From Oopsacas minuta (lineage: Eukaryota; Animalia; Porifera), in assembly GCA_024704765.1 (NCBI GenBank), contig JAKMXF010000001.1, positions 29,493 to 93,492 of the forward strand: DNA of 64,000 nucleotides, read 5' to 3'. Both the position numbers and the translations under genes were made by a program. Below the pieces are notes generated by a model. The model had not been told where the DNA came from. It was given only the letters and a program-made list of their open reading frames with translations, and ran no database searches. How positions within the stretch are numbered: position 1 is the first letter of the stretch; every line of letters begins with the position of its first letter. Below are positions 35,352 through 47,646 of this stretch, piece by piece.

Positions 35352-36905
35352 TCATAATTCATCCTTATACAGTCTCCCATGTCCTGTGATAGGACTATCC
35401 ATAATCTTATAGTCATGCTTCTTAACCTCCTCAAATGAAATCTTCCCATCTCTGTTGTCATCAACCTGACTTAGCATATGCTCTACTTCCTGTAGGTGGT
35501 ATTTAGACTCTAGCATAGATATCCACTTCCAAATCTCTTCTCTGTCTAGAGTACCGTCTCCGTCTTTATCCAGAGGTCCATTGAACATGTCAATACCGTC
35601 AGCACTGTTTGGAGGCCTAACACTCTATAAATTCAAACAAATTATGCTATTACATATAGTAATAAATATTGTGAATAATCAGCTGACTATTTACTCGTAT
35701 TTTTGAGGTATTATTTACAAACTTATTTACCTCATCGAATAGAGAACTCTCTGGACCTCTGGAATTAAACTCTTCAATTTCTATCAGTCCATTTGCATTC
35801 TTATCGTGATCCTGCAGGGTTTCATTAATCAACAACTCCTTCATCTCAATGTATGCCTCTGGATGCAAGTAATATTTCAATTCATTGTGAGACAGGTATC
35901 CATCTTTATCCTGATCAGCTTGCCTAACACAAATAACACAATATACATAATCATACAATGTAAGAACAGATAACATAGCCCCTCCCTTGTACCTTGTAGA
36001 ACAAGTGGATTATACATGTGTATCTGTAATAATTTATTAGGAACAATATACGTACATATTCCGTGCGGTATGTCACCAAACATCAGAAAGTATTACCTGA
36101 TTATAGCCGAAGTTTTCGTTATTAATGAAAAAGAACACTAAAAATTTAAAACTTCGTTTTAACCAATACTCGCACCAAAAAAATTTTTAGCACCTTTATG
36201 ATGTCATATAAAATCACACATTTTCCCAGTGTAGCGGCCAAGATTATACCTGGGGTTAATCTGGCCCCTGGACATTTCAGTTTATGCAGTATTATATTAA
36301 GCAAGTGGCTACAGTGCCAGGACGGTACCCAAATATATCAACCAGTTAACGGAGCTTTAATGCTGACTGTAAAAGCGACGAAATGTCCACCAATCGAGCA
36401 CCCGAATAACAGGGTGGGTATGTGCTTACTCGAAATGGCCCTAGTTGCTGGCCCGGCTACTATTCGAGTATTAAGATATGTATTATTTCTCTAACCACCT
36501 GAACTTTCCAATAGTACGCTGAATCCAGAATTCAGTTTCAGATTTAGTATATTTCCCATTCAGAATCCTCTCTGCATCCTCTTCTGTCAATTTCCTATCA
36601 AAATGATTGTGTATACATTCATCTATAGAAATAAGATCGTCCATATTATGATCTAAACTATCAAATTCATGCTCTACATTATCTTGTAGCTGTAGAGTGT
36701 CCATATGATTAGCAACTCTTAGTAATTCAGCCTTGTCCAAGAAGTTATCGTTATTTGTATCAATCTTCTTGAATAATCTGTTTAGTAGCATTTTATGTTC
36801 TTGTAGATGTGCCTGCATGTTACTACTACGACCAGGTTTATGTGCTACCAGTGTGTATGTGAAGAGGATGAGACAACTGTTGAGGAGAAACCATCGAGGA
36901 GTCAT
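35352..36905 (-). CDS. CREC-family EF-hand ER protein (calumenin/reticulocalbin-like), 3 exons
   Basis: Exons 36905-36499, 35923-35731, 35624-35352 with compatible phases. Signal peptide, six EF-hand-like loops (DTNNDNFLD, DHNMDDLIS, DQDKDGYLS, DKNANGLIE, DKDGDGTLD, DDNRDGKIS), C-terminal KDEL. Confidence 0.9.
36088..36482. mobile_element. Tc2/pogo-like relic in calumenin intron 1
   Basis: Right end CCGGCTACTATTCGA is shared with 55562-55576; degenerate left end TATTACCTGATTATAGCCG. Confidence 0.35.
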
Positions 36906-37340
36906 ACCTGTTACAGAGGAACATGCATTAGTTCGAATTTGATGTTATCAATAGTTAGTTGACTGTCATTAGTTTGGATGAATTTTCAGTTGACTGTCAG
37001 ATATTCGAAACGATGTTGATTTCAGTAACATATCTCCCATGTAGGAATTGCACGCCTCTCCTCTATATCACATGATAAATACGATAGACAACAACCAGAC
37101 TAGTGTGGTAAAATACGCTGGCACAACACATTTTACATTGGAGTTGTTACCTAAAATATGTCAGTTAGTAACTGAGTTGACTGGTTCGCGATTTCCTGGA
37201 TTTGATGTGATCAAAATTAATTAGAACTAATGCATATATGTAATTAACTTTCGTACTATTGAGGCTAACATAAAAATTCAAACTAATACAGCGCAACATT
37301 AAAATTAAAATTCATTCGAATTAATGACAGTCCATTGAAA

Positions 37341-37444
37341 AACCCATTCAAACTAATGATAGTGAACTAAAACCCATTCAAACTAATGATAGTGAACTAA
37401 AACCCATTCAAACTAATGATAGTGAACTAAAACCCATTCAAACT
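37341..37444. repeat. 30-bp minisatellite, about 3.5 perfect copies
   Basis: Unit AACCCATTCAAACTAATGATAGTGAACTAA, head-to-tail without spacers. Confidence 0.97.
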
Positions 37445-38038
37445 TTTGAGGGTTAAAAATATTCGAACTACAGTAGTGCAGCGCTTCTTAGAGCGACAGA
37501 TACGCTATCTAATGCAATACATTGATCTATAGCACTGCATAAGTATATTGAATAACTAGCCAAAAGCACACAGACCAAGGACTGGTAGTAGATATACAGG
37601 TGGATAATGAGGGCTAGGTATTATTACAGAATATTGTACTCATAGGTTAACTTATCGTGACCTACTATTTTAAAACTCATAGTATTAGTCATCTGAGTTG
37701 ATTGAGCACTGGATACTGGAATTTTGTAATTGGAAAGATTTTGTATCGGGGTACAAATAACTGAAGCTGAATCCCAATTTCGCATTCACAGTTCGTAATA
37801 TATAAGTTTATTGTTGTTTGTTTTTAAGAATAAACAATTAAAATGAGTAAAAATTTATCACAAAAAAACCGAAGATCTCTTCAGTCAAAGTAAAACAGTA
37901 TCAATAGGGGAATATTAAACTATTAAATGAAAATCAGAATACGTATAGTGATAAGTATGACCCTAACAATATACTCAAAGAGTGTAATTATATGCTGTCT
38001 GTACTCTGTAGCCATTTAGTAATGTTTGAATGAAAGAA

Positions 38039-39820
38039 TCAGAGTTTCGAATCTTCCAATCCATTATAAGATTGAGTTACCATAATATTCATTAATTCTA
38101 ATAGACTAACCTCTATTTCTCTACACAGCTGGCTTGAATTGACACTTGTCTGAGATAGAGTACTAGTAACGGAGAGTCGAATTAAATCAGTATGGAGAAG
38201 TAATATAATGAAATGTCCGTTGAGAAGAGAAAATGAACCACGGAATGGGAATGAAGTGAAGATAGAGCTAATAGCTAGATTAGGTTCAATGAACAATTTA
38301 AAACAAGAATTCTCAAACAATTCAACAGAGATATTCTCTCTCTCTGCTAAATACTTCAGAGCTTGCATGTGCTTAACAAACACATGACCTCTACTAGTAT
38401 CAGATAACAATAGTTTGTATCTATGAATAGCTCTTAACATCAGTTTCCATCTCTCTCTATCAGTATAACCGTGTGATGTCATTGACTGTACAAATATTTT
38501 CATATCTTCACTCACAGTGATAGGATGCTCTAACCGTCCTTCTCTGAAGCTAGCTAGAGAAACAGTTTGATAGCTAGCAGTCAGTTGCTTGTATAACTTG
38601 TAGTAGGCTAGCTGTATAGCTAGCTGAATGAACCCTTGATAGTATAGTCCGTGTTTCTTAATCAAATCCTTACCAAAACTCTCAAAATCTAAAAAACACA
38701 CGTCATAATCGCTATACCATTTATTCATCTTTTGCTTGGTTTCTTCCAAGTGAAGCAAACTCTTAGTAGAGAGTTCCCATTTGATTAGTTCTACATTCAA
38801 ATTAGTATTAATAACTTTACTAGTATCTAATTTATATTCTGTATCTGGAATAATATTTAATAGGTAAGGGACTGCTCCATCTATCAGGGCGTGGTCATAT
38901 ATCAGAGACATGTATCCACTTGCGGTAAATAGAATCTGTAAACCCAATCCAAACCAACGATTATAGCACTTGAAATCGTCTCTTATATCTCCAAATCTGT
39001 GTAGTTTTGATTCGTTAAACGTATGTTCATCAGTAAACTCATCTATACACAATCCGAATAGGGAGGTTTCAATCTCCCTCAGCGAGTTTCTATTAACAGA
39101 AGAGTCTTGTATCAGCTGTTCTCTGGCTGTGTACCAGCTATCTCTGTCTAAGGCTGTTAACAGACACACAGGTGTGTGACTTTGTGTCTCATCATTACCA
39201 TAACTCAACACCTGAGACAGCAAGTGGTGTATTTCCTCTACACTCATATATCTGTCTATATCTGTATCGCTGTAGATAGGCATTTTAAATATCCTACCAG
39301 CATACATCACTATAATATGCTTGCTGTATGGAGAGAATACATGCGAGTCTCTTCTAAGATGTGGTATTCTGTACGCACCGAGCAGCCGTCTATACTGACT
39401 CATACTCTGAGGGATATCACCAATCATTTCTTGAGGTAGTTCTTCATCACGAATAGTCTCCAATACTCTAGCAAGCTGACAAAGATACTGTGAAGTAATA
39501 AGCAACATTTCACTAGGAATGGATAAGTTATAAGGTGTTTTGATTGCAGGTTTTCCATTTGTGAAAAGAAGAGAACTTCTGTTGGAGAGAAATCTGATGT
39601 CTACCCACACACATAAAGCCCAATTATCTGTCTCCTCTGCGAATTTTATCAATCTATCTTGAAAAAAAGGTCCCTCTCTTTTTGAGAAGGAGTTAGTAAT
39701 CTCAAGTAATCGTGAGAACTGAGATTGTGTGATTAATGGCTTCATAGCTGTCAGGAATCTGTCTAGTGAGTCAGATAAGGCAGGAACAGGTAGTTTTGGT
39801 AAAATAGCATAACGAGACAT
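38039..39820 (-). CDS. Carnitine/choline O-acyltransferase family protein with PTS1
   Basis: LPKLPVP N-terminus, NRW, catalytic-His region YDHALIDG, FIQLAIQLAYYK, FREGR; ends in SKL. Confidence 0.88.
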   Translation of the reverse strand: MSRYAILPKLPVPALSDSLDRFLTAMKPLITQSQFSRLLEITNSFSKREGPFFQDRLIKFAEETDNWALCVWVDIRFLSNRSSLLFTNGKPAIKTPYNLSIPSEMLLITSQYLCQLARVLETIRDEELPQEMIGDIPQSMSQYRRLLGAYRIPHLRRDSHVFSPYSKHIIVMYAGRIFKMPIYSDTDIDRYMSVEEIHHLLSQVLSYGNDETQSHTPVCLLTALDRDSWYTAREQLIQDSSVNRNSLREIETSLFGLCIDEFTDEHTFNESKLHRFGDIRDDFKCYNRWFGLGLQILFTASGYMSLIYDHALIDGAVPYLLNIIPDTEYKLDTSKVINTNLNVELIKWELSTKSLLHLEETKQKMNKWYSDYDVCFLDFESFGKDLIKKHGLYYQGFIQLAIQLAYYKLYKQLTASYQTVSLASFREGRLEHPITVSEDMKIFVQSMTSHGYTDRERWKLMLRAIHRYKLLLSDTSRGHVFVKHMQALKYLAERENISVELFENSCFKLFIEPNLAISSIFTSFPFRGSFSLLNGHFIILLLHTDLIRLSVTSTLSQTSVNSSQLCREIEVSLLELMNIMVTQSYNGLEDSKL

Positions 39821-40250
39821 CTATCACTGATTCAGTATGTATTACCACCTAATTATAAAGTACAGTAATATCGAAATTCGGGATAATTATCGATATACGC
39901 GGACCCGATGAAAATATTTATCGTAGAGATTCGAATCTCTGAGACTGTCTTAAAGATGAGGACTTATCCTTTCCAGAACCTTGGTGCTCAGATGTAATGA
40001 AGAGTAAGTCCGAATATGTCTGAGTCAGATACAAATATCCCCGTATCACAAGTGTCAGCCATGGAGTAATACAGTTTCTGAAACAATTAAGGACTACAAT
40101 CCTTTGCATTAATTAATCCTGTTTTAATAATATATACTTTCACTCTTTTTCTAGTGACACTATTACGACACAATTTGTGAGAGTATTTAGTGCTTAATTA
40201 TTAGAATAAATTACGTGTATAAGATTATCATTATTTTCACACTAAGGAGA

Positions 40251-40817
40251 TCAAAGATTTCTGGCATCCCTGGTTTCAGTTGGTATTTTCAACACAATCC
40301 CTTCCATCTCATCGGTCACATCTATCTGACACACTAATCTGGACGTATCGGTAAGGCCGTATGCCATTTCTAACAAATCCAATTCTTCATCAGTCGCAGT
40401 TTCCGGAATTTTATCAAAATCTACTTTCTCGAAAATTAGGTGACAAGTGGAGCATGCTAATGTACCACCACAGGCACCTTCTACATCTATATCATTTTCT
40501 TTTGCCACATCCAATAGTGTGTCGCCTACCTTGGCTGCCACTTTAAATGTGTCGCCGTCTCTGTCAATAAATGTTATGTTAACAGTCTTAGCACCCTTTT
40601 GAGAATAGTTATCCAATCCTAATTCAGGATTCATTTGTTGTGTTTTGATCAAAAAAATTGCTCGATTTTGACTGAAGACACGCGCTTTAAGAAATGTATA
40701 GATAGAAGCTGATTGGTTGAAATTAGAATTCCAAAAAGGGAAGGTGTGAAAATATATAAATTGAGTTTTCCGCAATAAATACGATCCAAACCTTTGGAAT
40801 CTCAACAGTACAGCCAT
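40251..40817 (-). CDS. FDX1: Mitochondrial [2Fe-2S] ferredoxin (adrenodoxin-like)
   Basis: GACGGTLACSTCHLIF...SRLVCQ, preceded by a presequence-like N-terminus. FDX1 versus FDX2 assignment is tentative. Confidence 0.85.
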   Translation of the reverse strand: MAVLLRFQRFGSYLLRKTQFIYFHTFPFWNSNFNQSASIYTFLKARVFSQNRAIFLIKTQQMNPELGLDNYSQKGAKTVNITFIDRDGDTFKVAAKVGDTLLDVAKENDIDVEGACGGTLACSTCHLIFEKVDFDKIPETATDEELDLLEMAYGLTDTSRLVCQIDVTDEMEGIVLKIPTETRDARNL

Positions 40818-41301
40818 GTTATTATAGGCTACACAGGGATAAATGTTAACTGAGTACTCTCATTCAGAATTTCACATTTCCAAGTTTCTAATATGTAAAT
40901 ATATTTGTTTTTTTTTGAATAAAAAGTAAACAAATAAACGAAAACTCAAAATATACATAGAGACATTCTCTCGACTATTACATGGTACACAAACTGCACT
41001 GGCTCCACAACCTGGGTTTTTCAGGCCGCATGGGGACTGAAATGAGCTTGTTATGACAAAATGGCTCCCCACATAGGCGAAAGTAGGGTCATTTTTGGTG
41101 GGCACGTGCCCATCCTGGAACTTTAGTATCCACCCAGAATTGACTCCACCATAATACAAAAAGTAGAGGGAGGGTGCTTCAGGGTGGGACAGACCTATCC
41201 TAGAGGCTAGATGTGTCTATAAAACTCAATATAGAAAATAAATACACCCCTGATCAGCAAGAACAGAGCACAAAAAGTAAAATGATAATCTAAGAAAAGA
41301 C

Positions 41302-42921
41302 TCATAATGTTCTCCATAAAAGAACACTAAGATTGACTGCAACAATTAAGGATAAGATCCACAAAGTCTGCATCAGAAAATTAAGCCTTTTGTTCAATGA
41401 ATAAAGAGCAGATCGAGAAGATAGAATTTTGGACCTCAGCTCATCTAATTCATTTGTTTTTCCTTTATATGAATTTGATTTTTCAATTGAATTTGGTTCA
41501 AATCTTGTGTTAAAAATTGCATTACCAATTTTATCTTTTTCAATACTTTTCCAAAATCTCATAATGTGTCCTAATGTGGTTGGCTTATCCAGTGGATATG
41601 ATGCGGTCATTACTAAGAACCTATCTCTTCCTACTTCCAAGGCTAACTTCTCAAAAGATTGAAATTTTGAGAGGTTTAAAGTGATGTTTATACGATGAGT
41701 CAAATCTAAATCTACAACACCCATTGTAGGAGAGACCTTGTAACTATCCAAGTTAGTAGCTTTAATTTTATAAGCAACCAGATGTTGGGAGATATTCCTG
41801 ATAGATAGTATAACAGTACAGGGAGGAGAGAGAGGCTGTCCATTAGCGCTGAATACCAGAGGTCCGTTAGGCGAAATCTCCACCAATTCATTAGCTTTAG
41901 CTACAGCTGATTCTTGAGTAACCTGAGTAAGAGGTAGTCGGTTGATTTGTGGAATTTGTAGTGTATTATCACCTCTGTCTTTAACTTCAATATGATCCAA
42001 AAGATCTCCAGCAGTTACTTTAGAAACAGCTACACTAGCAGATTCAAATGAATTCATAAAATCTCTCTCATCATCTTCATCTCTTATATAAATCAGCTGT
42101 CCTAAGAGAGTATCAGCCTCAGGATAGGGGATAGGGTACTGATAAGTCCAGGTCGCATTCCCTCCGTACTGAGAGAGCAACTGACTCTTATCAACGTAAT
42201 TGGTGATGTCATTCGGTGTTGTGAATATTAAACAGTCTCTAGCTTTAACAGGTAGCCAGCGTTTCACTATATTCCAAGTAGCATTAAGTACCCAGGGCAT
42301 ATTGTAGACCAGGACCCAGTTTAAACGGAGTGGAAAGTATATTTGGAACAGATCCATGAGGAAGCGAAGAAAATCCAAATCAATATTAGATATACCAGCT
42401 CCTGTAGAATCAATGAAGAATGTTATTCTCTGATCAGGACAGAGGAGAGAGTGTTTGTACATAATGTATACTGCATAGAGTTTGGAGGCCTTCTTCAGCT
42501 CAGCATCTCTCTTGTTTTTACGAGCTATCAAGTAGAATATTGTATTGCCTTCATTATCCATTCCATAGGTGTAGCAGAAACCTAAGTTTAGTACAGAGGT
42601 GGGGATATCACGAGGGGTGAGATCGTGGACATTGTACTCCTGTCGGAATATGAGAGATTGTAGAACGGTGTTATATAGAGTTGTTGAGTCTGGATATTTT
42701 GAAGAATCGGGAGTCAGGAAATAGGCTTGTTTTACAAAATTCTTAACAAAGTTTGGATCATTTTGCACAAGCTGGAGATCTCTAGGATCTACCGCTTTGC
42801 ATGCTGAAGGATCAATATATTTAGACCGGAATATTAGCCGTATTTCTGATACAGCTTGTTGTAATAGGTCAGGGTCAAAGTATTCCCAAGGAGGGAGGTC
42901 TGCTGGTAGTTTGGTTGCCAT
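41302..42921 (-). CDS. MOSPD2: Motile sperm domain-containing protein 2 (CRAL-TRIO + MSP + C-terminal TM)
   Basis: CRAL-TRIO (FFIDSTGAGISNIDLDF...YNMPWVLNATW.IVK.WL), MSP (VAYKIKATN...YKVSP..G), tail anchor. Confidence 0.9.
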   Translation of the reverse strand: MATKLPADLPPWEYFDPDLLQQAVSEIRLIFRSKYIDPSACKAVDPRDLQLVQNDPNFVKNFVKQAYFLTPDSSKYPDSTTLYNTVLQSLIFRQEYNVHDLTPRDIPTSVLNLGFCYTYGMDNEGNTIFYLIARKNKRDAELKKASKLYAVYIMYKHSLLCPDQRITFFIDSTGAGISNIDLDFLRFLMDLFQIYFPLRLNWVLVYNMPWVLNATWNIVKRWLPVKARDCLIFTTPNDITNYVDKSQLLSQYGGNATWTYQYPIPYPEADTLLGQLIYIRDEDDERDFMNSFESASVAVSKVTAGDLLDHIEVKDRGDNTLQIPQINRLPLTQVTQESAVAKANELVEISPNGPLVFSANGQPLSPPCTVILSIRNISQHLVAYKIKATNLDSYKVSPTMGVVDLDLTHRINITLNLSKFQSFEKLALEVGRDRFLVMTASYPLDKPTTLGHIMRFWKSIEKDKIGNAIFNTRFEPNSIEKSNSYKGKTNELDELRSKILSSRSALYSLNKRLNFLMQTLWILSLIVAVNLSVLLWRTL

Positions 42922-43684
42922 TCATACTCTATTCGTCTTATGGTAGTATGTGCTAAAATATAATAATAAGTATTACATAGAAAAATACAATGCAATTTAT
43001 TCGGACAGTTTTACATGTTAGTATACGTATAAATGTATCTTATGTATGGCGAAAACAAGATATTCAACCTGCAACAACGAATTACTGAGAACTAAAATGA
43101 AAACGTCGCATTTGATATCAACACTATAATCCGAACGGATTTGAGTGTTGCTTTAAATGATGCATGATTTGTGTTAGAAAAATATTACATGGACAGATCT
43201 AGGATTTATCAGAAGGTGGATTGTGGTAATATGAATCAGTGAGGTCGAGGGGCTAAGCCCCTATAAGCCAGATACAATAGAGTGCTGTTTGCCTTATTTA
43301 CGTATACTACGTTATGGAAGAGAAGGTTATATTTGCATAGGTTATCTTAGACCTAAACTAAAGTCTCCAGTGATGGAAATAGCGATCATTTGGGGGGGAA
43401 ACAAATATTTTTGGGGTAGAATGATGAATTTTCAAATTTTCACATGCAGTTTTACAAATGTTTTTGGGGACCTACAAGCTACAGCTGTAAGGATAATTTT
43501 TAGGGGCAGTACCCTCCGGGACTATGCCAAATGTCTCCAATGAATAATTAATTACCATTCGCTAAATAATGTAACGTGAGAATCAGCTGATGAAGAATGA
43601 TTGGCAATTTCTACAGAAGTAAAATTTAAGATATTAAGCACATTGTATAAGAGGTTGTGCGAAAATTGGTATGGGTAGGCGGGG

Positions 43685-43868
43685 CAGGGTTTCATCCAGG
43701 CGTATGCGACGCGGCTACAGGCGCATAAATTTCAGCAAAAATAGACCTAGACGCGCCAAAATTAGCGGAAGACCACATACCGTAATACTAAATGTATACT
43801 CTAGGCGCGCGTAAATATGAAGGCGAAGATTTTAGGCGTATGGTTCAGAAAATCTGGATGAAACCCTG
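43685..43868. mobile_element. hAT MITE, 184 bp
   Basis: Perfect 15-bp TIR CAGGGTTTCATCCAG / CTGGATGAAACCCTG; 8-bp TSD AGGCGGGG / AGGCAGGG. Confidence 0.88.
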
Positions 43869-44192
43869 AGGCAGGGTGTCCATGGAACCCTAAATCCTGC
43901 ACCTTTGATTCGATAATTCATATTAAAGATCTTATGTTTTTATACAAAATACAAAATTACATGATAATATAATTGTTTAATGCACTACATGAAAAATACT
44001 AGATAGGTCTTCACAAGTATTTCTTCAATGGAAAGATCGAGGACAAAAGGGAAATACAATATTCTTATTGAAATATATTAGAAGCATTCTGTGGCGTATT
44101 ATCCATCGATGTGTCATTATGTATCTTCAAATTTCTTGTAGCTTAATTAATTAAAGTAATTCAAATAATCCAATAATATATACTATTACTAA

Positions 44193-44230
44193 CTAGTGTG
44201 CTTCGCTTGCTGACGCTGCACGGCTTGCGA
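44193..44230 (-). mobile_element. Helitron-like 3' terminus (copy 3)
   Basis: Reverse complement ...GTGCAGCGTCAGCAAGCGAAGCACACTAG|T: hairpin followed by CTAG and a T target base. Confidence 0.5.
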
Positions 44231-44579
44231 ATATTTCGTGTTCACATATAGAGCTGGCACTCCATGCCTCGAATTAAGCAAAGTAAAATATATAAAATAA
44301 ATATCTAATACATTTACATATAACAAATGTATGAGAAACTTACAAAATGCTAATTCTAATTCTAATTATAAATATAATTCAGCATCTTTAGTTATTCATA
44401 TAGTGGGTCAAACAAACAATCAAAGAACTATTCGAGAGTAATTAGAAGAAAGAAATGCACATTATTAGACAAGATAAATATACTACTAGAATTCTAGATA
44501 CACGAACTATGCTCAGGCAAGTAGTTATTCAGAACATCAGGATGACGGACGTGGAGAAATTCGTTAAGTAAAGGAATAG

Positions 44580-46091
44580 TTAAATAGATCGTAGTTTAAC
44601 TTTAAGTCCATCTTCAGGTTTTAGAATCATTTGTGCCAATCGCTTGATATCTTGAGGAACAGATTCCAGCTCAAAACTGTGAATAATACGAGCTACAACA
44701 ATCAATTCTTCTGTTAATGCGAATTTCTGTCCGATACAGTTACGGTGACCAGCTGAGAAAGGAATGTATGAGAAATTACTACCTCCTGGTTTCTGGGAGT
44801 AGAATCTGGTAGGATCATACTTGTCTGGATTCTCCCAGTACTTAGGATGACGGTGTAACAGTAAAATGGGGATGCTGACAGGTGTACCTTTGGGAATTAT
44901 GTAATCATCAACTACCAAATCTTCGTTGATTATGCGAGAGATGAATGGAACGGGTGGGAATAATCGCATGGATTCTTTGATACACATAGATGTGAATTTA
45001 AGGGAATCTAAATCATCCCATTCTATTCGTTCTCTCCCCCCTAAAACAGATTGTATTTCCTCTCTACACTGACTCTGAATATCTGGATGTTTTCCTAACA
45101 TGTACAGAGCCCATGCTACTCCAGATGCAGTAGTGTCATGTCCCTCAAATAGAAACGTGTTCATCTCACTCATTATATCACTGTCAGAGAGAGTATTTCC
45201 AGAAGAATCAGGTGACGTCAGTAGGATATCGATAAAGTCAGGTCTGATCTTGACAACTTTCTCTCCTGATACAATAGCCTTTCTTCTTGCTTGCACTACT
45301 TTAAGAGATTCCTGTTTGATTCTGTTACATACTTTACGCCATTTAAATCCACTAGGAGACAAGCGGAAATATAATGGAAGCAAATATGGCCAATAGCTAA
45401 GTTGTTCTATCGTTAATTTACCCGAATCAAAAATTGCTGAAATGTACTCATTCACTTCACTAGTTACGTCTAACTGACAATTAGATTTATAGGAACAGGC
45501 ACATTGTAGTATAACATCCAAGGTGTAGAGAGTAGAATCTTGAAATACATCAACAATAGCAGTGTCACTCCCTACTTGTGATCTCCATTTATTCAGTAAC
45601 ACATCTGTCGTGTCATTATAGGTAGACATGTATGATTCAATTATACCTAAATGGAATGCTGGAGTTAGCAGTCGTCTGCGAGAGAACCATTTCTTGTAAT
45701 TTATAACCAGTAGACCAAAACCTAAGAAACTAGTTACTAACGAATAAGTAAATGGAAACTTAGGTGTTAGGTCAGGTCCCATTGAGAGTACTTTTCCTGC
45801 TAATTCTGGGTCTACCACTCTCAATATATCGATAAAAGGTCCCATCCTTGTTCTTATTATTTTATCGTCTTTATGATCTTTCAGATAATTTTCAAGATTA
45901 GTAAGTCTACGTTCATCATTTCCAAAAATATGCAATGTTCCCCAGAGAGGGTGTAGCTTGGGTCCTGGTATCTTATTCAATATTGATCTTCTCTTAAAAA
46001 ACGAGGTTGCTTTTATCACAATAATCGTTAGGATTAGTGGGATCAGTATGTAACTGAGAGAAGGTAAATATACTTCAAATCTTTCCCACAT
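44580..46091 (-). CDS. Cytochrome P450, clan 4 (copy A)
   Basis: N-terminal anchor, FEGHDTT, KESMR (ExxR), PTRF, PFSAGHRNCIG heme motif. Confidence 0.95.
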   Translation of the reverse strand: MWERFEVYLPSLSYILIPLILTIIVIKATSFFKRRSILNKIPGPKLHPLWGTLHIFGNDERRLTNLENYLKDHKDDKIIRTRMGPFIDILRVVDPELAGKVLSMGPDLTPKFPFTYSLVTSFLGFGLLVINYKKWFSRRRLLTPAFHLGIIESYMSTYNDTTDVLLNKWRSQVGSDTAIVDVFQDSTLYTLDVILQCACSYKSNCQLDVTSEVNEYISAIFDSGKLTIEQLSYWPYLLPLYFRLSPSGFKWRKVCNRIKQESLKVVQARRKAIVSGEKVVKIRPDFIDILLTSPDSSGNTLSDSDIMSEMNTFLFEGHDTTASGVAWALYMLGKHPDIQSQCREEIQSVLGGRERIEWDDLDSLKFTSMCIKESMRLFPPVPFISRIINEDLVVDDYIIPKGTPVSIPILLLHRHPKYWENPDKYDPTRFYSQKPGGSNFSYIPFSAGHRNCIGQKFALTEELIVVARIIHSFELESVPQDIKRLAQMILKPEDGLKVKLRSI

Positions 46092-46245
46092 TATCTATAA
46101 ATTAATTTTATTATTACTAGACAATAATTATAAACACAATAGACCAATATTTCCGCTACCCAAATCATATAACATCCTTCGATCCAGGAATTGCTGGTGG
46201 GAGGATAATAATTCAGCAGAGAGCGCTGTAAATCCCCTTGGGATC

Positions 46246-46358
46246 CAGGGGGTTGCTGTGGGAAAGGAATTTCAATTCCCATTTCCATCCCATTCCCACA
46301 GGATTTCTGTGGGAATTCCCATAGGATAACTACGATTCCCATTCCCACGGCAACCCTG
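46246..46358. mobile_element. Small TIR element (MITE)
   Basis: Imperfect TIR CAGG(GG)GTTGCTGTGGGAA / TTCCCACGGCAACCCTG, internal TTCCCA repeats, no clear TSD. Confidence 0.55.
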
Positions 46359-47451
46359 CGACAAGCCCTATATGCCATTACATTTGCCTGAGGCAACTTC
46401 CAATCTCCAAATAATTTCTCTTAAATTTATCATTGTAGTGTGGCTCCAACCATAGGCGCCGAAAGTGGGGGGGGGTCAGGTTTGGCCCCCTGAGTGAGGA
46501 AACAGTCAGGGATGGTCAGTAACGTAACGAGCATTATTGCTATGTGTTATTGGGTATGCATAGAACGAGTTATTTCACCCTTTCGTTACAAAGCTATTCA
46601 TTCCAATAAATGTATTGAAATCTAATTAACTGTATGACTATTCTTATTCCAGCACTCTGATTTGCAAAATACGATGATTTTACAAGCATAAAAGCCGAAA
46701 GTGGGAGGATTTGTGTGGGTAAACCCTAAGTAGTATGAGAGAGCTATACCTCTACAAGTCAATATTAGCTTATTCCCATGTATATACTTTGCTTTGGTCT
46801 ATGGTGACGGAAGTTGTGTGAGCTGTAACGGTGTGTATGCCCAAGTATTATGAGCAAGACAACACATAAGTAGCTTATGATACGTTTGTACAAAACTTAT
46901 GTGTGGTTTTACTTGAGGAAAATTAAAATTTGTCGTTTACCACACAATCACAGAATATTTTGAACAACCTTTATCAAACTTTTTGTTGTGACTTTTCAGA
47001 TGGAATCAATTTGTCAATTTTGTAGCCAATTCTATAAAATAGTTGGTAATACCTCCTGAATAATGTTAATCTTGAAAATTACAAGAATCAACTTTCGGCT
47101 GAATGGATAGTTAACTACCTCTCGCTAGTCAAGCAGAGGTCAAAAATTAAGAGAGAAAGCTTCTAGGCAGTACATATTACTGTAATTTTCAAGTTCACAT
47201 GTATAGTAATCGACATTTCAATTATTCTCTAAAACTTACCCGTTCCATTCCGTTAAGTAGGGGACAATAACGACAGGTAGGTCAGGCGGTAAGCTGAAAA
47301 TAAGTTGTAAATATTATTTCACATTTACAGAATATCCGTGCTTGACCACCGCCGGAGAAATGTTAAAGTGCTTCTGGCGCCGCTATTTAATAGGGAATAA
47401 TGTTCGGGGAGCATTAATCCCTGAGTGAAAATGGGAATAGGATAGGAAACG

Positions 47452-47646
47452 GTACACACTAGTTATGTCTCCAGAAGAAAAGAAAGGCTGTTGATGAGGT
47501 ACAAATTGAAGGAGACTCAGCTACCTAGGATACAACATACAGACCCTGTAGCTAGATATCTGGGACTCAAGAGAGGAGAAGTTGTAAAGATTATTAGGCC
47601 CAGTGAAACAGCTGGACGTTATATTACTTATAGACTTGTTCAGTGA
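47452..47646 (+). pseudogene. POLR2E: 5'-truncated RNA polymerase subunit RPB5 fragment
   Basis: VMSPEEKK / [52 protein letters not shown] matches the RPB5 C-terminus. One frameshift; no N-terminal part is recognisable upstream. Confidence 0.85.

Noticed and set aside
36198-36494. 98-aa plus-strand ORF
   Set aside because: Lies in calumenin intron 1 over a transposon-like relic; no motif.
37341-37444. 30-bp repeats as a CRISPR array
   Set aside because: Units are contiguous with no unique spacers; eukaryotic context with no cas genes. It is a minisatellite.
43189-43543. 84-aa ORF 43289-43543
   Set aside because: TTG start, overlaps degenerate TIR-element-like sequence, no protein features.
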